Shown one piece after another: positions 1 through 16,613 of a DNA stretch of 64,000 nucleotides. Source of the DNA: Guillardia theta CCMP2712 (Eukaryota > Protista > Cryptophyta); contig NW_005434646.1 in NCBI RefSeq assembly GCF_000315625.1, forward strand, positions 397,626-461,625, read 5' to 3'. Numbering within the stretch: position 1 is the stretch's first letter; each line of letters begins with the position of its first letter. A program made the position numbers and the translations under genes. Under the pieces are notes generated by a model, which saw only the letters and a list, made by a program, of their open reading frames with translations, was not told where the DNA came from and ran no database searches.

Positions 1-1717
1 TCTATCTCTGCCCAGTACCCCCGCAAATGTCGCGCTCCACTTTCATCTTTCACCTCCTGCAGATCCCATAGTGAACAGAGCTAAACTTGAAAGTAGGCGA
101 CTCACTTCAAGAAGCTTGACTGAATCTTTCAGCGTTGAACGCAGCTCGTTGCCCTCTTGGCTGCCATTCCTTGAATCCTCAGGAAGCTTGGTAAAAGACC
201 GCCTCGCACAATCGCATTCAGCGGATAAAATCTGGCAAGCTGTCACACGTGCAAATCTGGATAGGAGAATACATGTACCTCGACAAGCTGAAGAGGGGAG
301 TAGTGCTTGATCTCGTTGGTTGCTTTTTGAAACAAGACTTTCATCTCCTTCATGTCAAGACCATCCTCCTCCGAGCATATCAAAAGCGAACACCAAAGCT
401 CCACTGAGAATGGACAGTTGCGAACTGAGCGCCTGTAAACATCGGCAACTTTTATCCCTCCAGCTCCACTAGGCTGAGATCGAACGAATTCTGCATAAGA
501 ATTCCAAAGGGTAGGGACCAGACAGCAGGTTGAGAGCGCTCGTTCATACGCACAGATAATCTTCGTGACATCTCCGCTTTCGGATTCGCTTTCAATACAT
601 TCCTGCATTAGATCTTAGGTCCAATCATCGAGAAGAGACTTATGCGCGGAACCTGCCAGATCTCGAGCACATTGAGCGACGAGTCCTTCTGTCGACGAGC
701 TTCGGCATCTTTCAGTTCGCGTTCACTTGCCTTCATCATGGCTTCTTCTACTTCAGCCTGACACTGTCTCACAAGCACATCTCCTTAATTCAGTCAGCAC
801 CTTCTTCTTTTCAACAATGCTCTTGTCAGTTTCCCATGATTCATACGAGATCCACGTTTCAGCGAGTCCCTTCACTTGAGCTTTGATCTACCAGGAGCTG
901 TCAGCTGCTGGCACACCAACAAATGAAAACAACCTCTCTGTCAAAGCACTGACGGATCAAAGCAATCTGTGTCTGTTTTTCTGTGGAGGACCCCTGCATG
1001 TTTTCGAGAACTTTAATTTCGAAGTTTCTCTGCAGTTCCCACAGCTTCGAGCCCTCCAACAGGTCATTGCCCATTATCGTCAGGGATCTGCACGATAGTA
1101 AAATCTCAACCATATTGTTGGACAGCATCGATTACCTTTGCATGGTTTCCCTCACGCGGTTCAGATATTCCCTCTGCTTCGCGCCCTCAAGGTCGAAGTA
1201 CAGCTTTTGAATATACTTCACATACTCTGCCCATACTTTGGTAGTTGGATAATCCGATAATGCTCGCTCGAACAAGGATATAATCTTCTCTTGGTCTTCT
1301 TCTGAGCAAGCAAGACGTATCTCATCGCCTATCCATTCCAACCAAAGATCTAGCATAATCATTTCTTGAGGAACGAAGTGGAGGGAACGGCTACAACTTA
1401 CCCTCGGCCAGAGGAAACGAGATAGAAAACTGTTCTCGCGTCTTTTCTAGTTGTTTCCTCATGGATTTCTTCTTGTAGATTCGAAGAAGCTGGTGGAAGG
1501 CTTCGTAATCCCTCTTTCCGCACGCTTCTAGTCTTCCCTCGAGCTGAGCAATCAACTCCTCCCCTCCATCCTCCATGTCGTCACTATCATCATCAGAGGA
1601 GGATTCCATACTCTCATCACCATCTTCCTCCTCTTCCTCTTCCTCTTCCTCTTCCTCTCCCTCTTCCTCTTCCTCCATCGCCGCCTCGTGATTGGCGTCC
1701 TTCATTTCCTGGGTCAT
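1..1717 (-). CDS. SART3: SART3/Prp24-like HAT-repeat U4/U6 snRNP recycling factor, multi-exon, 3' end beyond window
   Basis: Minus-strand exons with HAT-repeat signatures (LWLEWIGDEIRL, SLFERALSDYPTTKVWAEY, YERALSTCCLVPTLWNSY, YRRSVRNCPFSVELW) after an acidic N-terminus; short GT-AG introns separate the ORF pieces. Confidence 0.8.
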
Positions 1718-1864
1718 TTGCGACTCACTTACCCCTACCCACCCTTTGCTGGACCAATGATTACCCACCCTCCCGGCTTCCGTTGGATGCTAGTCGTTAC
1801 TAAGGTAACTGACGTAACGGATATTCAAGCGTTGGTTTCGCGTAGCTCAGGATGGCAGTGAGGT

Positions 1865-2530
1865 CATCCCCCCTCTCCTCTCCTCTCCTCTCCTCTCCTC
1901 TCCTCTCCTCCCCTCCCCTCCCCTCTCCTCCCCTCTCCTCTCCTCTCCTCTCCTCTCATCCTCATCCTCATCCTCCTCCCCTCCCCTCTCCTCTCCTCCT
2001 CCTCCTCTCCCCTCCCCTTTTCATCCTCCTTCCCTTCCCTTCCCTCCACTCCCCCTCCTCATCCACTCCTTTCTCCCCTCCTCCTCCCTTCCCCTTCTCC
2101 TCTCTTCTTCTCCCCTCCCCATCCCATCCCTCCCCATCCCTCCCCTCCCCATCCCTCCCTTCCACTCTACTTTGCTCTACTCTACTCTCCTCCTCACCCC
2201 CCTCCATCCCCTCCCTCCTCTACTCTAATATCGTCTCCTAACTTCTGAACTAACCCCCCCTCCCCCCCCTCCCCCCCTCGCTCCCACGCGTGCTCTACTT
2301 CCCTCCTCCTTTTCGCACTTTCTCCCAACTCTTCCCCCCTTCAAAACTTTCATACTTTTTACCTCCTTTTATTCCATCCTTCCTCCCTCATTCTCTATCC
2401 ACCCCCTGCTCTCTTTTCTACCTTCCTTCCTCCTTCCTCACCAAATAGATTTGCCTCCTTCTACTATTTCCCCTCGGTTTGTCTGCTCTCCCCATCTTAT
2501 CTCCTTCCCCCCCTCACCTTCATCCCTCCA
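1865..2530. repeat. Polypyrimidine (CCTCT/CT-rich) low-complexity tract between divergent genes
   Basis: Almost purine-free + strand with (CTCCT)n motifs. Confidence 0.9.
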
Positions 2531-2864
2531 TCTGCTAGCGTCAATGACTCCCTTCTAATCGCTCCATCTGCTCTCTTTCTCATTCCTTTGACCGATTGTC
2601 TTTTGCTCTGCATTCGATCTATTCCATGATGGTGCATCTCATGCACACGCCATTAGGAAATGTTTGCAACTCACTTGAAATTCCCTGCATCCCTCTGTTC
2701 TATCCCCCCTTTGCTTCGTTCTGATATCCTCCAACAAACCCCTGGATGATTTCTGACGCTTGGTGTTAGCAGGAATTAGGGAGTTTGGTTTGCTATGTTT
2801 GGGAAACTGAAATAATTGCTTGACTCAGAAGACAGTGCACGAGTACTGAGAGTAATTAACGACC

Positions 2865-5081
2865 ATGAGTCGAGAGGGAAGTGAGGTGTATTCATGGGGT
2901 CAAGGAGTTTTGGGTCAGCTTGGTCATGGCGACGAGAAGACGCAGCGACAGCCCCGGTTGGTCGTTGCCTTCCTTGGCTTCAATGTACGACAAGTATCTT
3001 GCGGAAACCAGCACACAGCAATACTTATGGAGAATGGAGAAGTTTTCACTTTCGGAAGAGGAAACTTTGGACAATTGGGTCAGGGAGCATCAGTCACAGC
3101 CAACGTCTCTACGCCTGCTCTCGTTAGTGCCCTTCAAGGCAAGCATGTGAAGCAAGTAGCTTGCGGCTGGCACCATACCTGTGCGCTCATCGACAATGGA
3201 CAGCTTTACACATGGGGAAGTGGTGAGTACGGTCGTCTTGGTCATGGTGATGAGGTTCGGCAAGCTTCTCCGAAACTTGTGGAGTCGCTTCAAGGCAAGG
3301 AGGTGACTTTTGTGGCGGCTGGTGGCTTCCATTCCTCTGTGATCATTGAGGGAGGAAATCTTCTTACGTGGGGCGGAGGCTATTTCGGGCAGTTGGGGCA
3401 TGGCGACGAGACCGACCGGAAGACTCCCAAGATGGTCAAGGGAGTACAGCAGTGCATCGCTCATGAAGTCGCGTGCGGAACTCATCACACGTTGATGTTG
3501 ACGCAGAGTCAGGAGGTCTGGACTTGGGGGAGTGGAGAGTTCGGCAAGCTGGGCATCGGAGATGAGGAGAAGCATGCAGAACCGATCATGATCACAGCTC
3601 TTCAGGGCGTTGGGGTCATACACATCTCCACGGGAGGTTTTCACTCGGCAGCTCTCACGAGCGAAGGAGTTTTGTACACCTGGGGTGGAGGAGACAAAGG
3701 ACAACTCGGACACGGCGACGAGAACAGTCAGAATATCCCTGTGGTTGTTGAGGTGATCTCCTGTGACATGTCGATCCTTGTCTGATCTTCCTCCTTTAGG
3801 CTCTGCGAGGCAAGCGCGTCACCAGGGTCTCTGCAGGCATGCATCATACCATGGCTCTCGTGGACAACTCGGACGTCTACTCGTGGGGAAGCGGCGAGTA
3901 CGGACGACTGGGCCACGACGATGAACAGATGCAGACGACTCCCTTCCTCATCGAGCAGCTAATCGGGAAGGGAGTGCGCGAGGTCTCCGCTGGCGGCTTC
4001 CATTCCCTGGCTCTTGCTTCGGGGAGCGGTGAGAGCGCGCAGGGGGCAGGAGTAGGAGCTCCTTACAGGCCGACTGGCAAGAACCAACGGATCGGATTCG
4101 CCACGAGCAAGGACGAGGACGAGGACGACGATACACGATTGAAGACTGCAAACACGGGAGTAACTGAAGACAGCGGCATTGCGGACACAGAGTCCAGGGC
4201 AGCAAGCAGAATGAGTGCCCGCCCCGGAGCGAAGGGGGCGATGCCTACAGGCAAAGGAGTCACGGGGGACGACGACGACGACCAAGAAGACTACAAGCTG
4301 AAGCAAGCTCTGCGAGAGAGCCAGATGGAAGTGGCTGAGCTGCGAAAGCAGATAGAAATCTTGACTGACCGGTCGAAACTTGAACAGACAAGAATCGAAA
4401 CGAGGCTTCAGGCGAGCCAGGAGGAGAGGAACCATCTCCGAAAGCAGCTGGAGAGGCTGCAGGAGAAGCAACAGGCGGATGCTGCGCTGAAGGCAAAGCT
4501 CAGCACAGCACAAGAGGAGATCGCGGAGTTGAGGAAGAAGTACGAACGCTCGCGAGGAGACCTCAAGCAGCGAACTGTCGACGTTCACATGCTTCAAGTC
4601 CGCGTTGCTCAGCTCTGCGGCTCAGAGTTGGACGGCCTCACAGTCTCCCAGCTCGAGGAGCTCGAAAGGATGCAGGCAGAAGCTCTTCGCCGATGCGGCG
4701 TAGCCAAGTACGTGCGCCTGCGTCAAGAGTTCCAGGAGAAGGAAGAGCACATGAGAGAAGATGTAGAGAAGATGAGGAGAGAGTTTGAAGAACGAATGGA
4801 CAAGATGAAGGTCGAGGTGCAGAAGATCCAAGAAGAGAAGGTGATACTGCTACTGCCCGGCTTCTTCTTTTCTAACCGTCGTGCAGGTTCACCTCATGGG
4901 TCTCGAGCAGCGTCTGCGTCAAGAGTTTCAGACCCAAGTGCAGGCAGAGCAGATGTCCAACGAGGAGCTCAGGATACGCCTCGAGACTCTGCAGGATGGT
5001 TTCGTCCAGTTGCGATCGATCTTGCGCAAGGAGAAGCAATCACGTGTGGAGTCTGAACGACATCCCATGGACGACATGTGA
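2865..5081 (+). CDS. RCC1-repeat beta-propeller protein with C-terminal coiled coil (3 exons; introns ~3753-3799 and ~4841-4886)
   Basis: Seven repeats of the type VYSWGxGxxGQLGHGD...V.QVSCG..HT; both introns are GT..AG and rejoin the frames; heptad-rich C-terminus. Confidence 0.88.
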
Positions 5082-6399
5082 GCTCCTGCTGAGAACTTTC
5101 CGCTCTCCGAGCGGAGGATCGGAATTGCATGCTGCCAGCAGTTTGTCATATCTAATGTATGTCGTGGTATGTCGGTATAAACAATGTTTCCCCGACTCAA
5201 GTTTCTCTCCATCAGATTTACTTCACAACAATGAAGGCATCATGTTAATCAGCTCTACTCCGGTGGCCCCCACAATCCACTTTCAGCCTCACCTGACGGC
5301 CTGCCGAAAGGAGTCAGTCCGAGGAGCGTCTGCAGTATCAATGAGGGTCTGGCAAGGAACTTACTGCATGTCAGGGTAGAGCTTGCACCTACGAGCGACA
5401 ATTCAGATATGAGAATTGAAGGAGCTGTTTGCTCACATGGGCTCGAGGGGCTTCATGACAGGCTGCTCAGGATTAGTAGGATCGTAGACAAGGCCTGAGC
5501 CGATGGGGTTGAAAGTTGCTTCGAAGTTGGGAAGGGAGTTGCAGGTGTCCTGTGACGGAGAAGTTTGATCAGTGATAACATCAAAAAACTTGATTCAATT
5601 TTTTTGTCTCAACCATTCTCTTCAATCACGCAGCCATCACTTGGAAAGTGGAACAGAGACAAGTACACCAACTCGTGCTCCCTCTCCATCACTCTTGGCC
5701 AACTCTCTTTCCAGCCCTCTATCAGTCTGCATCCCTCCCCTTACTTGCGCACAAACCTCCCTCTCTGCACTGCAAAGTTCTTTCTTGCGTGATCCCTTGC
5801 CTTCTAACTGCCTTCCTACATTGTCTATTTCTGGTTCTCTAGCTGAACACTTCCTGCCTTGAAGTATTTTAATGCGTTCAAGATGTGATACCACAGGGAA
5901 ACAACAGTATACTGTCACTATTCCGTCACCTTGTCATGTACCTCCCTCCCTGCCTCCAAGTTGCAGGCCGTGAATCTCCGTGCTCTGTGTATCGCAGCCC
6001 GATGGCCCTTGCGTGTTGTCTCTGACATAGACTCGTTGTATCTTTCACTTTTGTTTGTTTCAATACATCGCTCTTGCATCTATCTATGTCTTTCTTTTGT
6101 CTCTTTCTATCTCTACCCTTGCATCTTTCTATCTATCTCTCTACGCTCTATCGATCCCTATCCCTTGTCGCTCATTCACACTGTCATATTGATCTCTACC
6201 TCCTATCTCTTTCTATCTCTTTTGTTTGTTGTCTCTTATCTCTTTCTGTCTCCTTCTCTTATAATATCTCTTTCACATGCTTCTTTCTTCCTCTTTTCTC
6301 TTCTCCTCCTCCCCTCCAACTCATACCTGCGTCCACAACAGCTTCGTCAAGCGCATGGCTCTTGGTAATGCCGTTACCGCCGTTACCAAATGAGAAGTC

Positions 6400-6930
6400 G
6401 TTGACCGGCAGTGAGCCGCCCACTGGGCCAGTCAGATGTCCGGGACCGGCCGCCCGGCCGGCCGCCGGGCGGGCCCGCCGTCAGTCACGCCGTGCCCAGC
6501 CCGGCCGGGCAGGCAGCCGCGGCCCGGCTCCCGGTTCCTCGCCGTCCGGGGGCCGCGCCGGTCCTCATGACTCAGTCTGTGGCCGGGCAGCACCGCCGCC
6601 GGGCGGCGCGGCGCGGCGGCCGGCCGGCCCAGTCACCGTTCCGCCGCCGGGCCCGGCCCGGGCCCGACGGTGACTGGCACCCCGTTCGACCCGGTGACCC
6701 GGCGGCGGCTGGGCCCCCGGGCGCCGGGACGGGCCGGGCGGCGATCCGACCGTGACTGGCGGCCCGGCTCACAGTGAGTCACGGTCCGATCCGATCTGCC
6801 TGAGTGTGTCACGTGGATGACACTAAAGTGTCAGTCATCAGAGTTAGGCCCTTCGTTTCCTCTGCCTCGTAGTCGTCAGCCGCTAGTCCGGAGTGGGCCG
6901 TGGAACTGTGACTCGGAGGCCCCGGCAGCA
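6400..6930. other. GC-rich island with clustered GTGAC/GTCAC and TGACTCA-like motifs
   Basis: Abrupt CCGG/GGCC-rich segment containing catgactcag, cagtgagtcacg, cggtgactgg; similar islands at ~15980-16450 and ~55390-55560. Confidence 0.6.
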
Positions 6931-8141
6931 CGTCGACGGTCATAAACTGCGATCCTCCGACTCGGTGCAAAACAATTTTCGAAAGTGTCACTGAAAAAAT
7001 GAAATCTTAGAATCATATTCTTACCACAGTTTTGTAAATTGTCACATGCTTTACTATGTGTACAAAAGTAGGACAAATTCTCTCTACCTGGTCGGGGGAT
7101 TGAAGAGGCGTACGACTGTGTGAGCCTGTGAGCACGAGATGCCTTGATATCTCGGAGGGGGTCCTCTAGCCTCCTGCTTTCAGGGCATTACCCAAAATTA
7201 AGCGGTGTAGTTCACAAATTTGGTTGGTTTGAGATGATTATTTCAAATTTGATAATGAAAGTTTCGATCATGGGCCAAACCGTAAACATGGCCACGTTGC
7301 AGGGCATCCCATTAGGGAAGGGTACTCAAATTTCGGTAAGGGCATCCAAATTTGTAATAAATTACCTGAATTTTAGTGTTGATTTTCAGTTTTACAAATT
7401 TTGGTTGTGATTTTGTGTGATTTTCCAACTAATGATACCCCTGACGGAACCATTTCTTTGGCCAAGTCCTTCAGTCCTTCCTCCGCAAAGACCCCTGGGG
7501 GTAGTCACATGGGGGTAGTCAGGAGGCCTAGATCATTCTCTGGTAGGGGTCCACATGGAATGACTATCTTAGACCGGGTAGTTTTAGAGGAAAATATACG
7601 GGATCAGACCAGTGGTGGGTAGTTACAATCAGGGGTAGAGGTAGATTGGTCATGAGACATCCACGTGGGGTAGGGTAGTACCGCAATTTGTGGACGGGCT
7701 GATATGAGAAGGGGGGTAGGGGTAGGACAAGCGAACGTCCAAAGGATGCAGAGGGATTTTTGCAAGGGATCAGAAGAGAACGAAGTGGAGGAAAGTCGAA
7801 AGAGAGAGATGAGAACAGGAGCGAGAGTGAAGATGATTACAGAAGATTTTATCTCGTGTTCAAGTCATAACTCGCGAGGATACAGCTTGATGAAATACGG
7901 CATGGCACGAGTATCCATGAAAACATGATTAGAAAGGGGGCAGGAGTTGCTAAAAAAGTGAAGTTCGGAGAGATTGAAGATGACTATTGTAGACAATATC
8001 ATTATGGTCCCATTATGCATGTGAAGGTCCACGCGGAATTCATGTCTTGGTTGTGACCAGATGCTTTCTGATTGTGTTCGATTCCACGCTTGGATTTATT
8101 TCTTTTGATTCTCTGCCTTGTATGACCTCACGATTGATAGA

Positions 8142-11100
8142 ATGCGGTCGTCGTGGACGGGTTTGGCCTTTTTGGCTCTTCTTGGAGTTGGATTCGTGCT
8201 TGCAAGCACTGCCCAAGTACAGACAATGTCTCATACTGAGAGATGGAACGACCTGTCTGCCAAGTTTCGTAATTATCACCAGGTGAAGATGCTGGGCAAA
8301 CGACATCATGGGGAGTGACTGTCTGTGTGTTTCAGGATCAGTTCAACATCTTCCTGCACATGATAACTACTCCTCTTGGAGGTAAATTGTTGATTGCTTG
8401 GATTCTACACTGAAGTTAGCTCTCCTCCAGTTCTCAGTGTCTTGTCACTTGTCAACAAGGTGACAGGAACCAGCTTTCTCGCAAAGATCTTGGCCCTTGC
8501 GTATTGTGTGTCCATCATGGACAAGCTTCCAATGCACATTCTTGCCTTGACCACCTTGGTGTCAACTGGAATCGCCTTGGGCTCAACCCTGTCGTCTGGC
8601 CTTGGCTATCTGACCCACATGGTCATGTTCATCGTTGGATACTTCGGACAAGATCTGGCTCATTTTGCCACGGGCGAGAAGGTTGCTCTGCTCTTGAGAC
8701 ACGTTGCACGGTCGATTGACTGACACCACAAGCAGACCTTCCAGAGCAGCTACCAGCAGGACTCCAACTTCTTGGAGCTTCTCGCTGAGCACACCTACTA
8801 CCTCCTTCCTCTCGTGTTCGAGAGCACCATGCCTCCTCAGACTGCATGGTGACCGAGTGAGCCTGGTGTGACGACTTCTGACATGCTTGATAGGACTGGT
8901 GGTGAGGCCAAGTTCGAGCAGATCGTGCACACCCTCCCGTGCTTGGTGGCTTTTGTCGTTTACTTCTTGAGCACCTCCGGCGCTCTGCTCTTCCCCTGGC
9001 AGTTCCAGAAGTCGAGGGTGCTGATCGTCAAGCTCAAGGATGCTCAGGACTTGAAGGTTTCATTGTGGATGACTTACCTCGGCTGTACTGACTTTGCACA
9101 AGGACCTCGCTGCCATCCGCTCGTGGGCCATTTCCAAGGGTCCTTCCACCTCAACCTCTACCCACTGGTGGTACCAGGTGATGTCCATCTGCCGGTTTTT
9201 TGTCTTGCTGAAGAAATGCCAGGCTCCCAAGCCCGATACTCCCCCTGAGCAGTGCTTGGAGAAGGCCCCCAAGGATGCATTCTACAGGATTGCCAACGTG
9301 CCAAACGAGAATTGTTTCGCCTGCGTTGACTTTTCGTATTCTTAGTGCCCTACCATCACGAACTTGTACAAGAACCACTTCGGATCCAACTGGAAGGTTC
9401 TACTCCGTCATTCTGCATATGCAGCCTCATGACGAGACGGGCAGGTTGAGGTTTTGGATGGGATGAACGAGGTGTACGTGTCCGCCCCTCATACCGTCAA
9501 GAATACTTCTGATGAGGTTCCGTGGGCTGAAGCTCTAAAGGCAAGGGAGTCACTTGCACCGTCAGGTCTTCTACACGAGACATATCGATGGACCATACTA
9601 CTACATCCCCTTCAGGTAACACCTCAAACTCCACTGCTTCTTCTTCTCACCTCCTTGCTTCGCAGCTCCTGCTTCCGTATGATCATCGGTCTTGATGCCA
9701 ATGAGGAGATCACCACCAAGGTTCTTCCATCCTCATGAAGATGTTTCGGTTGACTTGAAGCTCGCAGTTTCCTCTTGTTCCAACCGAGCTCGCTGCTCAG
9801 AACGGAGATGTTCTTGCCTTCGACTTCCATAGAGAGGTCGAGGAGATGTCGCAGCACGGATGGGGGTTGACATATTTCCATCAGGTGCACTACATCGAAA
9901 AGAACTATGGTGTTGTCAACAAGGACTTCCGTATCGTGCTCAAGGTTCTGAGCGGCTGAGGGACGAGTCAGAAGAAGCTGAGACAACCCTGCCAGGTCCA
10001 TCACGTCATCTATCCCTCGTGGGCCTGGCCTTTCGGAAAGCTCATGGGAATCTTGTCCACCCGCTACAACAAGTTGTTCCGCTCCCTCTTCCTCTACACC
10101 ATCAACCCCAAGGTTGGGAGGAATCTGCAGCCACGGGCTGAAGGACTGAGATAGCTTCAGGGACTGTTCAACAGGTTTGCGGCATGGAATGTTGTCTTCT
10201 GGACGAAGGTGGCGGATCATTTCGGGGTGTCTTGGCTGAAACTTGGGGCAGGTTGTGCATCAGATCGAAGAGAAGGTCGGCTACTGGTGAGGAAGAGGGA
10301 TAGGGGAAGGTGCGCGTCTGACTTGCTTGCAGCAACATCGGATACATCGCAGCCCTCGCTGTCGTCTCCTTTTTCACCACCTACAAGGTGTTCCTGGTGG
10401 GCACAAGGTAGGAAGGAGGATCAAGGTGGAGGCAAATCCCTTCTCACCGTGAGGCCAGCTTCATCCACTACCTGCGCTACATCAACACCTACTACCATCG
10501 TGAGGGCGTCGCCTACGGAGTCTTCAAGGTCTCCTCTGACTGGTTGCCCTGTGGGCCAGTGACGTGGGATGGTGGTGCAGAGAGACGTCTTCCTCTTCAA
10601 GGCTCTCTCGATCTCCCAGCTCGTCTTGTTGTATGCGTCAGCCGTCACCAACAACTTCACCGACCTCTCGCTCGCCTTGAAGTGAGCCTCTCCTCCTGTT
10701 GTCTGCTCTCTCGCTCACATGCCTCCTCCTCTCCAGGACTAGCCCCATCGACTACGCCATGATCTTCGGAGGCTATGCTCTCTCCATCTACACCACCTTC
10801 CAGGTTGCTCCTCTCCTCTATTCTGGTAGCTTCGCCACTGACTTGCCCCTCAGCTCGGTGTTGATGGAACTTACTTCGGGATTGAGCTCGGCTTCGTCAA
10901 GGTAGAGGAGGAGAAGAGGATGCGGGAGGAGCTGACACGTCGGCAGGCCTCCAAGCACTACGTGCAGAAGTTCCCCTACGGCGTGATCCCTCACCCCATG
11001 ATCCTCTCCCAGTGCGTCGCCATGCTCGGTTTCATGCGTGCGGAGGCCTTCAGGTCCAGCTGGCCCTACCTCGTGCCCGCGCACGTGTGCCTGTACATGG

Positions 11101-11174
11101 TGCACATGCTGCAGGAGCACTTTGACATCTACAAGAACAAGGCGAGCAAGTCTGTTTCTTTGAAGAGCGCGTGA
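8142..11174 (+). CDS. Multi-exon membrane lipid-modifying fusion protein: signal peptide + Mpo1/DUF962-like domain + HxD...H (Fe/2OG- or cupin-like) domain + PEMT-type phospholipid methyltransferase domain
   Basis: Exons joined by eye give MRSSWTGLAFLALLGVGFVLA (signal), NYHQDQFNIFLHMITTPLG and GQDLAHFATGEK (DUF962-like His motifs), FYTRHIDGPYYYIPF...AFDFHREVHYIE, and LGVDGTYFGIELGFVK...QKFPYGVIPHPMILSQ (PEMT-like). Confidence 0.72.
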
Positions 11175-11300
11175 AGATGTAGACATAGAAGAGAAAGAAG
11201 GGGACGTGAAGGGAAAAAAACAAAAGATCAAATGTGAAGAATTAAAGTCAGACCAACATCCTCCGCTCAAATCTCATCCGATTTCATTACATTACTGCTC

Positions 11301-15496
<4,196 letters not shown>

Positions 15497-15979
15497 GGTT
15501 GCTCCTGAAAGACTGCAACTTGAGCTCAATCGTCCAGAGAAGAAACCTCGCGCCCTGGCTCCTTCCTTCACAATCGCTCCGCAACCACTTATGTCCTTCC
15601 AACCTTCATGCACGATCCTCCCAACCCGATCTCTCTCTCAGATTATTGAGCGTCCTCCTCTTTGCTATCCTGCCTTCTTCTCCTATCCTTCCACCACGTT
15701 CCGTGGCCACATGGGGGCCGTGCAGCCGCCATCGTGATCGCCTGCATATAGTAATATACCTGCTAGTAGGAGACGCGGTTGTCGTACTCATCGTGTACGA
15801 AAATATTGTACCGATCGATCAATCATCGTTACCACTATCTAAGTTGTGAGGGAAATAATAATGAAAATTTATTATAAACTTATACAAAATTAAAAACAAA
15901 TTTGTAAATTCTGTACCATACCTGGTAAATTCTGTACCATACCTGTAGATTTCTCTCTAAATGTGGTACAACAATTACT

Positions 15980-16460
15980 GCCGGGTCACGAGTCACTTCA
16001 AGCCGGAGGCTGTGACAGTGACTCTGTGAACGGTCGGAACTTTGAGCACGGTCGAGCCACTGAGTGGCCCTCGGACAGCGAGAGCCGCTTCCAAGTCGGC
16101 GGGCTGCGAATGTGACACGGAAACTGAGAGACTGTACTGTAACTGCATGCCACATCGGCCGGGGATCATGACCATGGTGCTCTTCTTCCTTCCTCTTCTT
16201 TTTCTCTCTCGGAGTCCTTCGGAGTTCGGAAGTTCCTCTCCGGCCGCTTACTTGCGGCTACAGCACTGTCGGATACAACTCATCAGGGCCCCGGCTCAGT
16301 CACGGTCGCGTCCGCGCCCGGCCCGGGCGGCCGCAAAGACCATCATGCCGACGGTGCCCCGAGTCACTGACTCAGGCTGGCATCATTCGCCGGCAGACTC
16401 GATGCCGATGATGACTGATACCACCCGGCCTCATCCCCGCCCGGCCAGACTCCGGCCCCC
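15980..16460. other. GC-rich island with GTGAC/GAGTCA motif cluster at the left edge of the accessory block
   Basis: gggtcacgagtcac, tgtgacagtgactc, ctcagtcacgg, gagtcactgactcagg. Confidence 0.55.
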
Positions 16461-16613
16461 GGAAAGTTTTCACAACTTGATTTCAGTGACATCGAAACTA
16501 AACAATAACAATTGAAATTTGAAGGGGTATATGGCCTACAATATTTGTGTGTCACGCTGTACAGGTTCCGAGGCGGGCCCAGCTGCTGTGGTCGCCAGTC
16601 TGCTTTGCTGGCC

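Noticed and set aside
1852-2241. ORFs in the CT-rich tract (and similar ones at 5931-6368, 11577-12008, 39159-39581, 42057-42487)
   Set aside because: They are translations of low-complexity intergenic or intronic DNA with no domain signal.
2865-4020. UVR8 photoreceptor call for the RCC1 protein
   Set aside because: Only one GWHHT; the GWRHT Trp triad and the C27 VP motif are not seen.
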